Positions 1 to 10,042 are shown, numbered from the stretch's first letter. The stretch: 64,000 nucleotides of DNA from Syntrophorhabdaceae bacterium (GCA_963665295.1 OY762209.1:5024001-5088000); one strand, 5' to 3'. The notes: generated by a model not told the origin, from the sequence alone. Numbers and translations: made by a program.

Positions 1-51
1 GTCTGGCACAAAATACAAGTTTGATCATAGATCAGCCTCCTCTTCCGAAAT

Positions 52-1764
52 TCATAGCTTTTCAATGCGCACGACCCTCTCGAAACGGTTTGCTACCGCA
101 AGGGAGTGGGTCACGCAGATGATGGTCTGCTTCTGGAAATTGGCAAAAAGGTCGTCGAGGATCTTCTGTTCTGTCGCCTGGTCCAGGGCCGACGTAAACT
201 CATCGAGCAGGAGAATGGCGGGATCACGCACCAATGCCCTCGCCAATGCGATGCGCTGCCGCTGGCCGCCCGACAGGTCGGTCCCTTTTGTGCCGATGAC
301 GGTATCGTACCCGCGCGGCATGCCCATAATGGTATCGTGAATACGGACACGCTTCGCCACATCCATGATGATGTCCATGGGAACCGAATACCATCCCGTG
401 GCGATATTTTCACGTAAGGTTGTTTTGAAAATATACGGGGTCTGTCGCACATAGGAAAAGTTCTGCAGGTAATGGGGCAGGCTGAAGGCATTGATGGGCC
501 GCCCGTCAAGGAGGATTTCCCCTTCGTCCGGCTTTATCTGCCTGGTAAGAAGGTCGATAATGGTGCTCTTCCCCGCGCCGCTGGGCCCCATGATGGCAAC
601 CTTCCCTCCCGGCTCGACGGTAAGGCAGAAATCCCTTATCACCGGTTTTCCCGCCACATGGCCGAAGGACACATTGCAGTATTCGATGCACGTCGATCCC
701 ATGATCTCCGTGATGCCGGCAACGGGTCTTATCTCTTCCTCCGGGTAGTCCAGAACCTCCTCGATTCTCCTCATGAGCGGTGAGGCCTGGATCAGCTTTG
801 TCATGCCGAAAATGATGGACTGGAGACTGTAGGCGATAAAAGACAGGTACACATTGTACGCAATCAGGGTGCCCACGCTGATGTTCGTGAGGCCGCGGCA
901 AATCCAGTAACCCCCCAGAAGGAAGGGGAAGAATGTGATCAGCCTCGAAAGGAACTCCATGGAATGGAAAGTACCGTCCCCCATAACCACGGAACGTATG
1001 TTGGCGGAGGTGAAGCGCCGGGCCGAGTCCAGGAAACGCCGGGCGCCTTCCTGTGAGTGCTGGTAAAATCTCATCTCCTTTATACCCGCCAAAATGTCGA
1101 GCATCGTTTCGTTCTGCTCCGAAAGTCTCTGCCTCGCTATCCTCGCGAAGCGGGACAGGGGTTTCTGGAACAGGAGGATGATAAAAACAAAACAGGGCAG
1201 GGAGAGAACGATATAGAGCCCCAGGTCCCATTCCCATGTGAGCATAAGGACGGCAAAAACGATAATTGTGGTGAAGTGGTCCACGCTGGGAAAGATATAA
1301 TCAAGGACAAGAACGGAAAGAAGGTCCGTGTCGTTGGAAACCCTGGTGATGACGTCGCCCATTTCATACTTTCCGAAGAAGGGAGCCGGTTTCTTTATGA
1401 CCGAGGTAACAAGCCGGGTCCGAAGGTCAAGGAATATCCGCTCCAACGACGTTCCCAGGAAATAACTCTTAAGAAAGGAGAAAACGAGGAAGGCGGCAAA
1501 GCTGAGGAGAATCAAGCCGGTGTAATGGTAAAAGAGCCGCAAGTCGCGGGCGGGAAGCGCCTTGTCGAGTATATCCGCAAGGCAAAGGGGCCCATAAGTG
1601 GCCGCCCCCACCCGTCCCAGGTCGGCCATATACGCCGCGATCAACCCGCCCCCATGAGCGCGCACACCCGGCTTAAGAAGCCGGAACAGCTCCCTGTAGG
1701 TTGACACAATCGTGCCGCCCCCGGGCGCCAGGTTATCGGATTGTTCAAGGTTCCTGGTAGTCAC
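52..1764 (-). CDS. ABC exporter, fused permease + ATPase (type IV/MsbA-like)
   Basis: N-terminal TM helices; Walker A GPSGAGKST, signature LSGGQRQR, Walker B LLLDE, H-loop; GTG start. Confidence 0.92.
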   Translation of the reverse strand: MTTRNLEQSDNLAPGGGTIVSTYRELFRLLKPGVRAHGGGLIAAYMADLGRVGAATYGPLCLADILDKALPARDLRLFYHYTGLILLSFAAFLVFSFLKSYFLGTSLERIFLDLRTRLVTSVIKKPAPFFGKYEMGDVITRVSNDTDLLSVLVLDYIFPSVDHFTTIIVFAVLMLTWEWDLGLYIVLSLPCFVFIILLFQKPLSRFARIARQRLSEQNETMLDILAGIKEMRFYQHSQEGARRFLDSARRFTSANIRSVVMGDGTFHSMEFLSRLITFFPFLLGGYWICRGLTNISVGTLIAYNVYLSFIAYSLQSIIFGMTKLIQASPLMRRIEEVLDYPEEEIRPVAGITEIMGSTCIEYCNVSFGHVAGKPVIRDFCLTVEPGGKVAIMGPSGAGKSTIIDLLTRQIKPDEGEILLDGRPINAFSLPHYLQNFSYVRQTPYIFKTTLRENIATGWYSVPMDIIMDVAKRVRIHDTIMGMPRGYDTVIGTKGTDLSGGQRQRIALARALVRDPAILLLDEFTSALDQATEQKILDDLFANFQKQTIICVTHSLAVANRFERVVRIEKL

Positions 1765-2246
1765 AGACTATTAGTATACACCTATCCCGGGTGCTGTGGG
1801 AGGGGTTGCCGAGAAAAAGATTGCGGGGCGTGAGGAAGTCCGGAATTCGTGAGGATGCGAGAGTTGGGCAGGCGGGCGGTCGGGGACGGTCCTTCCCGGT
1901 AGCTCCCTGGCGCTGAAATGTGACCCTTTGCTCAATTCCACCGCCCTCGATGCTTAAGTGCGCAGAAGTTTCACATTTGAGGGCAAGTCGGCAGCTCGCA
2001 AACCCTGCCGGTTTTGTCATGTCTGATCCACCTGGTCCGGCGCATCGTGTCCGCAAAAGGGCGCGGCCAAGGTCGATGCTTGAAAAGACAAGCCTTTCTT
2101 GACCGGTCAGCCCAATTTCGTCCGTGAGCACGCACCGGTTGTTGAGCGTACGGACTCTACTTGGAGAAGATGCAAACGCCTTACTTCCTGTGAGTCGCGG
2201 TCTGATACCGGCTTCGGTCTCGTGCACCTTCGACCACCATCATGAA

Positions 2247-2433
2247 GGAGAACCCCTCTTTCACCCCTGCGTGCATTGCGGAAGGCAGCTAAGAAAACTC
2301 AGCGAAAATCATCGGCGAGGTAGAGAGCCCCCTCGACTTGTAGGGGGATGGGGGGTGGCATTCGCCGGGGATTTTCGCGCCAGGTTTTCTCTGCCTGGAG
2401 CGCCGGCACGCGGGGGTGAAAGAGGGGTTCTCC
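2247..2433. mobile_element. MITE/REP-like non-coding element with 28-bp terminal inverted repeats
   Basis: GGAGAACCCCTCTTTCACCCCTGCGTGC (2247-2274) vs GCACGCGGGGGTGAAAGAGGGGTTCTCC (2406-2433), 1 mismatch; no credible ORF inside. Confidence 0.55.
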
Positions 2434-2600
2434 CTGCCCTCCACACAACGCGGCCCTCCGACGAGTACCGTCAAAAGGACGTTTTACCGACGTTGCAGTT
2501 CCTTCTTGCACAGTTGTGTTCAAAAACAGGTACATCGTGCCGGTGCAGCCTTTGCAGCAACCTTACGCCGGTCGTAGGGCTCACTCACCGGAACTTAATT

Positions 2601-2641
2601 GAAAACTCATCCGGCGCCCGGATGCGCGGGCGCCGGATGAG
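2601..2641 (-). terminator. Rho-independent terminator of the 2674-3564 gene
   Basis: 15-bp perfect stem CTCATCCGGCGCCCG/CGGGCGCCGGATGAG followed by TTTTC on the minus strand. Confidence 0.7.
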
Positions 2642-2673
2642 CGGGTTTTCCGTGTTGGGATGCAGCTACGGGA

Positions 2674-3564
2674 TTATTCTGTGTACGGCGGCTCGCCCTG
2701 GATTGAGCGCACCAAGTTGAGGGCCTTGGTCACCTGATCTTTGGTTCCCCTGAAAACAAGCCAGACGGCTCCTTCCGCACCGCTCACGCCTCCTGCGCTG
2801 GACTGGAAGGCCGTTGCGCCCGTGAGGATCTTAATGGCCTCAAGTTCCGTTACGATCTCGCCTGTGAGGAGCCACATGGAGGGAAGGGTGTAGCCGGGAA
2901 ATGGCGTCGCCGGAGGACCGGACGGGGCAGGTAACGATTCCATGGGCTCACGCATCTTCAATGTCAGATCCACCATATCCCCCGCAACCAACTTCTCGAG
3001 GCCGACCGGAATGACGAGGTGGGCTTTGCGTGCAATTATGAAGGGCATTGTGATCCCAGTCGTTCCCCCTGACGGGTCCAGAATATTGACTGCCGCCAGT
3101 TTGTTCTTGTAGTCAAGGGCATTGGCCCCCTTCATGACCACATCGCCGCGCTTCAGTTTCTTCACGGCATCGGTAAGGGGGATATCGACTACCTTGCCCT
3201 TTTCCAGCACAATGTGGTTAACGGTCTGCCCCTTGAGCAGCTTTTTGGCCCCTTTTTCAGGTTCAATTCTTCCCGTCACATATGCCGCATGGGAGACCTT
3301 CTGTCCGGTGATCTCCTCTGCCACGTAGGCGTTGGTCGTCCCTTTGATGATAATGACCATACCCTTTTCAAGGGCATTCCTTACGATCGGCATCTGCGCC
3401 ACGGCCTTGGCGATGAGCCGCTTGGAATCGGCTACCGTCAGGATCGCTCCGCTCTGGACCATGTTCGCCGGTTCCGCCGCTGCCAGTACGCCGGCCAGAA
3501 CCCATTGGACGAGCAGAACCGCCATAAGTACAAAAAGTTTCTTTCCTGCATTACGATTGACCAT
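2674..3564 (-). CDS. Conserved hypothetical exported protein (alpha/beta fold)
   Basis: 296 aa; GGAGG RBS; signal peptide ending ..VLAAA; globular Gly-rich motifs GTTNAYV, KGANALD, GGVSGAEG. Confidence 0.8.
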   Translation of the reverse strand: MVNRNAGKKLFVLMAVLLVQWVLAGVLAAAEPANMVQSGAILTVADSKRLIAKAVAQMPIVRNALEKGMVIIIKGTTNAYVAEEITGQKVSHAAYVTGRIEPEKGAKKLLKGQTVNHIVLEKGKVVDIPLTDAVKKLKRGDVVMKGANALDYKNKLAAVNILDPSGGTTGITMPFIIARKAHLVIPVGLEKLVAGDMVDLTLKMREPMESLPAPSGPPATPFPGYTLPSMWLLTGEIVTELEAIKILTGATAFQSSAGGVSGAEGAVWLVFRGTKDQVTKALNLVRSIQGEPPYTE

Positions 3565-3913
3565 GATTTTTCCTCCCGTTTGTTTTGAAGCGCTTCGACG
3601 TAACTGTCGTTACCTCTATACCACTGGAATCGTCTTGTTGGCCCTTTTTCCATGTTTGCTGCAATTTTCTTTTATCATACGGACGGTCAAAGTCAAGCGA
3701 AATGTTGCGAACCCCCGTACCTGAGGGGTCAACACGTCTCCAGTATTGAGTTCCCCTATACGGAGCGGGGGTGCTGTCGCCGCGAATGGTTCACAGGTGA
3801 GGGAACGGGAAGGGTGCGCGATCACAGGCGAAGGATAGATCAGGGCCGGGTCCCGGTTCCGTAGCGAATGAAGATTCAATCCTTTGTTGTTTTTCGGGAG
3901 AGTAGTGCTTACT

Positions 3914-3929
3914 TTTATGATATCATAAA
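3914..3929. promoter_or_regulatory. 16-bp perfect palindrome upstream of the ferritin-like gene
   Basis: TTTATGATATCATAAA, about 75 bp upstream of ATG 4004. Confidence 0.45.
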
Positions 3930-4003
3930 CATGCGGTTTGTTGAGGGAAGCGTCAGACCAGCCCACGGGCCTCCGGAGAGGCTCCATTAAGGAGAACGAG
4001 ACA

Positions 4004-4459
4004 ATGGACCAGAACGAATACAAGAAGATTATCTCATTTGCCATCGATCAGGAAATGGAGGCATTTACGTTCTATCACTCAATCGCACAGAGGGCGGAGG
4101 ACAAAAACGTCAAGAACCTCTTCAGCGATCTGGCAGCAGATGAGAAAAAACACCGGGTTACCTTGGAGGCATTCCTCGACAGGGCACCGGATAAGCTGCA
4201 TTTTTCGGAAGCGAAGGATTATAAGGTTGTGGACTCAATTCCCACGCCCCCGCTGAGCCCGGACCTCAAACCTCTGGATGGCCTGGTAATCGCCATAAGG
4301 AAAGAGCTCGAAGCCATGCAGATGTACACCCAACTGGCAGTAAGAAGCACCGAGGCAGCGCAGAAGGATGTCTTCCTTGAGCTTGCATCCATGGAGCGCG
4401 GGCACAAGAACAGGCTTGAAGACATATACACGAATATGGCGTTCCCCGAGGCCTGGTAG
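4004..4459 (+). CDS. Ferritin-like/rubrerythrin family protein
   Basis: Two diiron ExxH motifs (DEKKH, MERGH); AAGGAG RBS before ATG 4004. Confidence 0.88.
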   Translation: MDQNEYKKIISFAIDQEMEAFTFYHSIAQRAEDKNVKNLFSDLAADEKKHRVTLEAFLDRAPDKLHFSEAKDYKVVDSIPTPPLSPDLKPLDGLVIAIRKELEAMQMYTQLAVRSTEAAQKDVFLELASMERGHKNRLEDIYTNMAFPEAW

Positions 4460-4602
4460 GGCGGCGGCAACCCTTCTTTGAGGGTCCGGCGGGTGCTTCG
4501 CGGGGACCGACGTCGGCACACGGGAAAAGGAAGCCTATGGGCGCTGTCCGACAAGGCTGGAAGCCGGGGGATACCCCGGCGTTTGATGGGTCGCGCAGTA
4601 TT

Positions 4603-4917
4603 TCATGAACCCCGTGCCGTCGTGGCCCATCTCATTCCGGACATTGTCGCCATATCGGTGTGCGGGGTCGCCCCGAGCTCGCACAACCGTCGGCAAGACG
4701 CAACGGCGTCATCCACGGCCCAGTATACGACGGCCCTGTCCTCGCCCTTCGAAGCGCCGGTACCGGGGACAAGGACTAAGGTTGACGCCCCGGCAGGAAA
4801 GGCAACGGCGAAAGGCGAATCAAACACGGGGTCTGCGTCGAGGACCTGCCGATACCACTGTTTTGCCTTTTCAATATCCAATACGCGATAGACTATTCTC
4901 CCCGGACTTTTGAACAT
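4603..4917 (-). CDS. VOC/glyoxalase-bleomycin resistance family protein, probably C-terminally truncated
   Basis: YRVLDIEKAKQWY and VVYWAVDD..LGAT motifs; lacks the usual final DPxGN strand. Confidence 0.6.
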   Translation of the reverse strand: MFKSPGRIVYRVLDIEKAKQWYRQVLDADPVFDSPFAVAFPAGASTLVLVPGTGASKGEDRAVVYWAVDDAVASCRRLCELGATPHTDMATMSGMRWATTARGS

Positions 4918-4990
4918 GCCCTCTCCTTTTCGAGTCCCCTGGTTGCGGAAGATGATCCGGCTATACAGGCGCGGACATCACCCCTGCAGT

Positions 4991-5764
4991 TCAAGTCTTC
5001 TCCGGGCTACCGACTCCCCGTGTCTCGAACTCCCCTGTGAGTGAAGTGATAACCATATCGTTCAACTCCATCCGCAGGGCCTGACCGATATCAAGGTGAA
5101 GGGCCTGATTGATCGCGGCTTTGGCAAGCCTGTTCGCCAGGGCCGGGCTTCGGGCGATCTTCTCGGCAATGGCGGTGGCCTCGGCCAACAGGCTGTCCAA
5201 CGGGACGACTCTGTTTACCAAACCCCACTTCTCCGCAAGGTCGGCGTCAATGATCCTGTTTGCCAGGATCATCTCTTTTGCCCTGAGAAGACCGATCAGG
5301 AGAGGCAGTATCTTGGTTCCCCCGTTGCTCACGGCGGAACCAAGGGTCGTCTCGGGAAATCCGAACTTCGCGCCTTCCGCGGCGATAATCAGGTCGCAGT
5401 TCATGGCCCATTCGCATCCGGCCCCGATTGCGTATCCGTGAACCGCGGCAATGACAGGCTTACCCATATTCACGATAGTGGCGGTGATCTGTTGCAGTTC
5501 CTCCACATCTGCGATATGTTCCTCCAGGGTGGAAGGCAACGTCGCCTCTGCAAGATCATGGCCTGAGCAGAACGCCCGGCCCTTTCCATGGAAGATGATC
5601 GCCCTGACCTCGGGATCGACCTCAGCCTCCCGCAAAGCGGAAAGCAACTCCTTCACCATCCTGCCGTTCTGGGCATTCAACTTCTCCGGCCTGTTCAAAC
5701 CTACAAAGCCCACAGCGCCTTTCTTGTCGTAGATCACGGTTTGCCGTTCCACAATTTCTCCCAT
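4991..5764 (-). CDS. Enoyl-CoA hydratase/isomerase family protein
   Basis: LNRPEKLNA, GRAFCSGHDL, KPVIAAVHGYAIGAGCE, FGFPE crotonase motifs. Confidence 0.93.
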   Translation of the reverse strand: MGEIVERQTVIYDKKGAVGFVGLNRPEKLNAQNGRMVKELLSALREAEVDPEVRAIIFHGKGRAFCSGHDLAEATLPSTLEEHIADVEELQQITATIVNMGKPVIAAVHGYAIGAGCEWAMNCDLIIAAEGAKFGFPETTLGSAVSNGGTKILPLLIGLLRAKEMILANRIIDADLAEKWGLVNRVVPLDSLLAEATAIAEKIARSPALANRLAKAAINQALHLDIGQALRMELNDMVITSLTGEFETRGVGSPEKT

Positions 5765-6134
5765 TCTAACCCCTCCCGTTGTTTAAGGTCTGTCGTGCAA
5801 GGTCCCGATGTATCTATCTCCATAGAATTATACACTACTTTCGAAGGAACCGTTCATGAAGATTGAGGCACGGACGTGAGAGAAAGCATAAATCTTTACT
5901 TTGTTGGCCGCTTTCACGCAATATGGAATGACGGCGCTCTTGATGGGGGGGGTCCGGGGAGGAGGAAACCTACAGCCTTAAGACGCGTCGACGGGGCGTC
6001 CGTTCAAAGTGAACGTACCGGACAGAAGCGTGGATCACTGCAGCGCCTTTGCCCTCACCTTCTCTTTGAACCGGCGCCCCGTCGACGGGGTATCATTTTC
6101 GGTTCAGAAGTGGAATTACCTCACGCTCCTTTTG

Positions 6135-8219
6135 TTACTTGCCGTTACCCCAAAGATCGATCGTCTTGGTGAGCGCCGACGGATCGTTGGTGGTGATGGT
6201 GATGGTCGCATGTTTTCCGTCCGCCACAGATGAAGGCTTGAATGCGATCTGGAACGTACATTTCTTGTTGGGCTGGACAGTGCCGGCAGTCGTGCAGTTG
6301 TCGTTCTGCCTTGTAAACTCACCCGCGTTGCCTGAAACGATCGTAGGGTCGGAAACCGCGACAGTGAGGGGAACCGCGCCCTTGGTGGTCTTGTTGGTCA
6401 CGCTGAAGGTGACTACCCCAGGCTTCGTGCTCGTCACCTTCACGTTGCCGAAGTTCTTGGGAGAAGCAGGGGAGACGAGAAGGGTCGGGTCCTGGCTGAA
6501 TACGGCCCGCATCTCGGTGGGACCGGTAGCCTCGGTCATGGTGATAGGACAGGCCGTTTTCGTTGTACAGGAGGGATCCGCTCCGCTCACATAATACCAC
6601 CGGTTGAAAACCCATCCCGTTGCGGCCTTTGCAGTAAGGACTACCTGTTTGTTAGGAAGGAAGGGAGCCGAGCACCGGCCGCCCGCGTTGCTGCAGTTTA
6701 TGCCCGCAGGGCCGCTTTTCACTGTGCCCGAACCGGCTATGTCGGCGGTGAGAAAATACGACGTTGCGATCATCACGTTGTTGAAATAGCCCATTGCCTT
6801 GGCTTCATGTATGTTGGTATCTCCCGGGACCGGTTGATCGATTATCATAGCCCCGAGCCCCTTGAAGGGCGCCTTGGCTACCGTGGCGTTTGCCATATAG
6901 GTTTTCGGGGTGAAGCTGAACGTCTCTTTGTTCCCTACGAAGGTGAATTTGGTGCCGTCCCAGGCAACGGACAGGTTGTAAGACTTGCTCTGGTTGGGAG
7001 GGAGAACCTTTTTCGACTCGCCGCCGGCTATTTCTTCAAAGTCGCTCATAGTCGTGCCCGTGAACCTTACCACTTTCCATTTGCCTATGTAATATAATCC
7101 GTCACTTGTCCGCTTCAGCCCGACGTACGCGCCGATGTCGCCTTCAAAGCCGTCCCCCGCGGAGCCGTCGTTAAAAAACCTCCCGCCCACGTAGATGAAC
7201 GGTTTCAAGCCGGCAGGACCATCCGATGAAAGTTCACCGGGCGTGACAGTGGCCTGTATGGCCGATACGTTGTTGGGGGCGGCTACGGGAAGAGTGTTCT
7301 CGGTAACGGCGCCTGTGAAACCTCTGGCGAACAAGGTAAGGTGGTTATCCGCGATGGCCCTCACAAACTCATAATTGGACCACTTGGTCCTGGCGATATA
7401 GTCGGCCGAGAAATCATCGTAAGGGTCGCTGCTGAGGTTTGTATAAACATTGTCGAAGTACGCGGAAGCAAAACCCGCTTTACCCCCCGACTCGTCCGTG
7501 TTGTTCAATACTTTCGTGTAGAGTCCCCTGAACAGGGAGCGCGGGGGGTCTATGGTACCTGAGGCGGTGTAAGTCTTTGTGGTCCCGCTGTATGTGGCGG
7601 TGAATGTGGAGGTACTCTGGTCCCATGCTACCGTCACCGTGTAAGGCGTGTCCATTGACACGGTGATGGGCCAGACTGCGCTCGCAAGGGGGGTCGGATC
7701 AGTGGTGGAGCAATCGGACGAATTGAACCTTGACACACTGCAGAAAAGCTTTGGAACCGTCGGAGAACCATTGGTATAGCCGATGCCGATCTGTCCGATG
7801 ATATCGCCGGTGCAGTCTCCCGGTCCGCTGGAGGTTCCATCATTGTAGAACCTGCCCCCCACCATGGCCATTGCCTTCGTGGGGTTTTCCGGGTCTCCGT
7901 AATCGAACTGGTGAGGTGTGATGGTCGCCGTTATCGTGGTGATAGTCGAGGGGTCCACATCGCCCCCGAACTTGAGGGTGTTCGATATGGGGCCGGTCGA
8001 GCCGTTGGCGCTCCTCGCAAGGAGCCAGAGCCGTCCGTTGTCAATCTCGCGCACGAACTCGTAATTGTTCCATAGGGCCGAATCGATGACGCCCTCAGAA
8101 AAGTCGTCATATGGGGTAAACGTCGTCGCAGCCTGCAATACCGGCGCGTGAGGCAGGAGAAATGTGGCGAACGCTAAAAGAACGACCAACAACCCTTTCC
8201 GCAGCACTTTCTTTTTCAT
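6135..8219 (-). CDS. Secreted beta-rich protein: duplicated N-terminal domain + InlB-B-repeat-like domain + C-terminal Ig-like (choice-of-anchor D/ASH-like) domain
   Basis: Signal peptide; two YDDFS..W.NYEFVR..GGRF.NDG units; GSGTV.S.PAGINC..V.LTA...GW.F..W repeat; NFGNV..C.....F.P..ITTNDP..L.G.G end. Confidence 0.8.
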   Translation of the reverse strand: MKKKVLRKGLLVVLLAFATFLLPHAPVLQAATTFTPYDDFSEGVIDSALWNNYEFVREIDNGRLWLLARSANGSTGPISNTLKFGGDVDPSTITTITATITPHQFDYGDPENPTKAMAMVGGRFYNDGTSSGPGDCTGDIIGQIGIGYTNGSPTVPKLFCSVSRFNSSDCSTTDPTPLASAVWPITVSMDTPYTVTVAWDQSTSTFTATYSGTTKTYTASGTIDPPRSLFRGLYTKVLNNTDESGGKAGFASAYFDNVYTNLSSDPYDDFSADYIARTKWSNYEFVRAIADNHLTLFARGFTGAVTENTLPVAAPNNVSAIQATVTPGELSSDGPAGLKPFIYVGGRFFNDGSAGDGFEGDIGAYVGLKRTSDGLYYIGKWKVVRFTGTTMSDFEEIAGGESKKVLPPNQSKSYNLSVAWDGTKFTFVGNKETFSFTPKTYMANATVAKAPFKGLGAMIIDQPVPGDTNIHEAKAMGYFNNVMIATSYFLTADIAGSGTVKSGPAGINCSNAGGRCSAPFLPNKQVVLTAKAATGWVFNRWYYVSGADPSCTTKTACPITMTEATGPTEMRAVFSQDPTLLVSPASPKNFGNVKVTSTKPGVVTFSVTNKTTKGAVPLTVAVSDPTIVSGNAGEFTRQNDNCTTAGTVQPNKKCTFQIAFKPSSVADGKHATITITTNDPSALTKTIDLWGNGK

Positions 8220-8569
8220 CGCAACTCCTTACACTGATGTTTTGGTGAAGCCCGTTGGTTTCTTCGCTAAACCCCGGGTCACGGAAGATGGCCCTATTGT
8301 GGCGACGCTTTCCTGCAACGCGAAACCAGGGTGCGCCCCCATCCTCCAGCACTCCTGTCAAGTTTAACCGGTTCGCGTGTTCATTACAACGACAATTTCG
8401 CGGATGCCCTCGGCACATGTATCCACGCATTCCGATAGCCCCTTTTCCCTTCCATGCCCTACTTTGCCGCTGGTCCGGGCCGCCGGAGGGGAAGGATGTA
8501 AGGAAGGGTCACCGTCAGACGTTCAAGGCCGCAGGATGGGCGGGGACCAGGGGATTGCGGCATTTCCCT

Positions 8570-9460
8570 TTACGCTCCGTCCTTTTTTCGCATGATTGGT
8601 ATCCTGGACTCGCAGGGAACGCCTGTCTGGCACATACCGCATCCGTATCCTTCAAAACCGAAATGGGTTTTCACATATTCCTGGGTGGTGGGGTGCAGAT
8701 ATGCCATGCACTTATTCTTGTCATGCCCTCCCTCGGTAATCGCCCCCACCGGGCAGCGTTCGATGCATTTGCGGCATGTGCCTTCGGCGTAGAAGAGACA
8801 GTATTCGTGATGGTTGGAGTAGGGTCTTTCCGACGGGGGGACCGCAACCTTCGCCACCACCGATGCGCATACCATCGCCTTGCCGGCACGGGTGATAAGC
8901 CCGTCGCAAAGCCCGAAGGTGCCGAGACCCGACACATAGGCCACATGTCTTTCGGACCAGGTCGATGCGAGTCCGAACCGCTCGGAGAGCTTCACCTCCC
9001 AGAGAGGGGAATCACCGGGAGCCATTGCGGGACAACCCGCTTCGAGCAGGCCGGCCACCAGGTATGCACGGAGTTCCGTGTTGAATTGTTGGCCGAATAT
9101 TCTTGCCCTTGCCCACCGTTCGGAGGGGTACCTCGTCTCTTTCCGGTTGTCATGTTTGGTAGCGTTGGTGTGGGGCAGAATCCAGCTTATCACGGTCAGT
9201 TCCTCCGGCCGGACGTGCAATGAAGGGAAGGACTTCGTGAAAATCTCGAGCGGGGTCCAGTGAAAAGGCCCAACGTGTCTCCTCAGGTCCTCGTACAACG
9301 GGTCGCCGCCGTTCGAAAACCCCACAACCGGGTCGGCCCACGCCGGTTCGCCGGTTCCGTTATTGAGATTGTTCGACTCTGACCCTGCGAACTCCCTGAT
9401 ACGGCCCTCTATCCAGGCCGCCGGGCCTTCAAAATGACTTGTCTTTGCCTCCATGCACAT
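8570..9460 (-). CDS. Epoxyqueuosine reductase (QueG)-like 4Fe-4S protein
   Basis: WSERHVAYVSGLGTFG, CRKCIERCP, GCGMCQTGVPCE motifs. Confidence 0.8.
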   Translation of the reverse strand: MCMEAKTSHFEGPAAWIEGRIREFAGSESNNLNNGTGEPAWADPVVGFSNGGDPLYEDLRRHVGPFHWTPLEIFTKSFPSLHVRPEELTVISWILPHTNATKHDNRKETRYPSERWARARIFGQQFNTELRAYLVAGLLEAGCPAMAPGDSPLWEVKLSERFGLASTWSERHVAYVSGLGTFGLCDGLITRAGKAMVCASVVAKVAVPPSERPYSNHHEYCLFYAEGTCRKCIERCPVGAITEGGHDKNKCMAYLHPTTQEYVKTHFGFEGYGCGMCQTGVPCESRIPIMRKKDGA

Positions 9461-9533
9461 CCTCCTTGATCGGTATTATGGTTTCATGGCCGGATCCCCG
9501 GGGGGCGGCCGGTGCGACCGGGCTGAACATGAC

Positions 9534-9547
9534 GTTGCATATACAAC
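9534..9547. promoter_or_regulatory. Putative MarR operator (copy 2)
   Basis: GTTGCATATACAAC near-palindrome, identical to 10043-10056, upstream of the QueG-like gene. Confidence 0.7.
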
Positions 9548-9571
9548 ACCATGAGGAAAAAAATAGGGGAC

Positions 9572-10027
9572 CTACTTCGGATCCCGGCCGCTGCTAAGTG
9601 TCTCATAGAGTCTCCGCACTGAATCGACCCCATCTTCGCCCAGAAGATCGAGGGCCTTCTTCTGTGCCTTCGTCCATTCGACGTACGCGGCCTGAAGCAG
9701 CTTCCTGCCGTCCTCCGTCACCTTAATGGCCTGCGTTGGCCGGTCATCGCTGCTCATGATCTCTATCCAGCCCTTATTTTTCATCCGGCTCACGTTTCGG
9801 CTGACCGTGGATTTCTCCATCCGGAGCGCCTTGCTGATGTCGCCCGGACCGGCTTCGCCGTGAAGAAAGAGCCACACCAGTATACCCGCCTGATTCGTCT
9901 TCACGTCGAGGGGCCGGAGGGCCTTGTCATAGAGGTTTGTAATAACGCGGTTCACGAAGCGCACCCGTCTCGCGATACAATTGTCGCTTACCGCCTGTGC
10001 CAGTTCCACCGCTTTTTTCTCATCCAT
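9572..10027 (-). CDS. MarR family transcriptional regulator
   Basis: C+ARRVR..NRVIT..YD.AL; wHTH MEKSTVSRNV..M...GWI; VTEDGR; start placed at ATG 10027. Confidence 0.9.
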   Translation of the reverse strand: MDEKKAVELAQAVSDNCIARRVRFVNRVITNLYDKALRPLDVKTNQAGILVWLFLHGEAGPGDISKALRMEKSTVSRNVSRMKNKGWIEIMSSDDRPTQAIKVTEDGRKLLQAAYVEWTKAQKKALDLLGEDGVDSVRRLYETLSSGRDPK

Positions 10028-10042
10028 GTGATCCCTTCTTGA

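Noticed and set aside
4560..4605. Selenocysteine read-through of the VOC TGA with a downstream hairpin
   Set aside because: The read-through sequence is not VOC-like and the TGA is not at a Cys-equivalent position.
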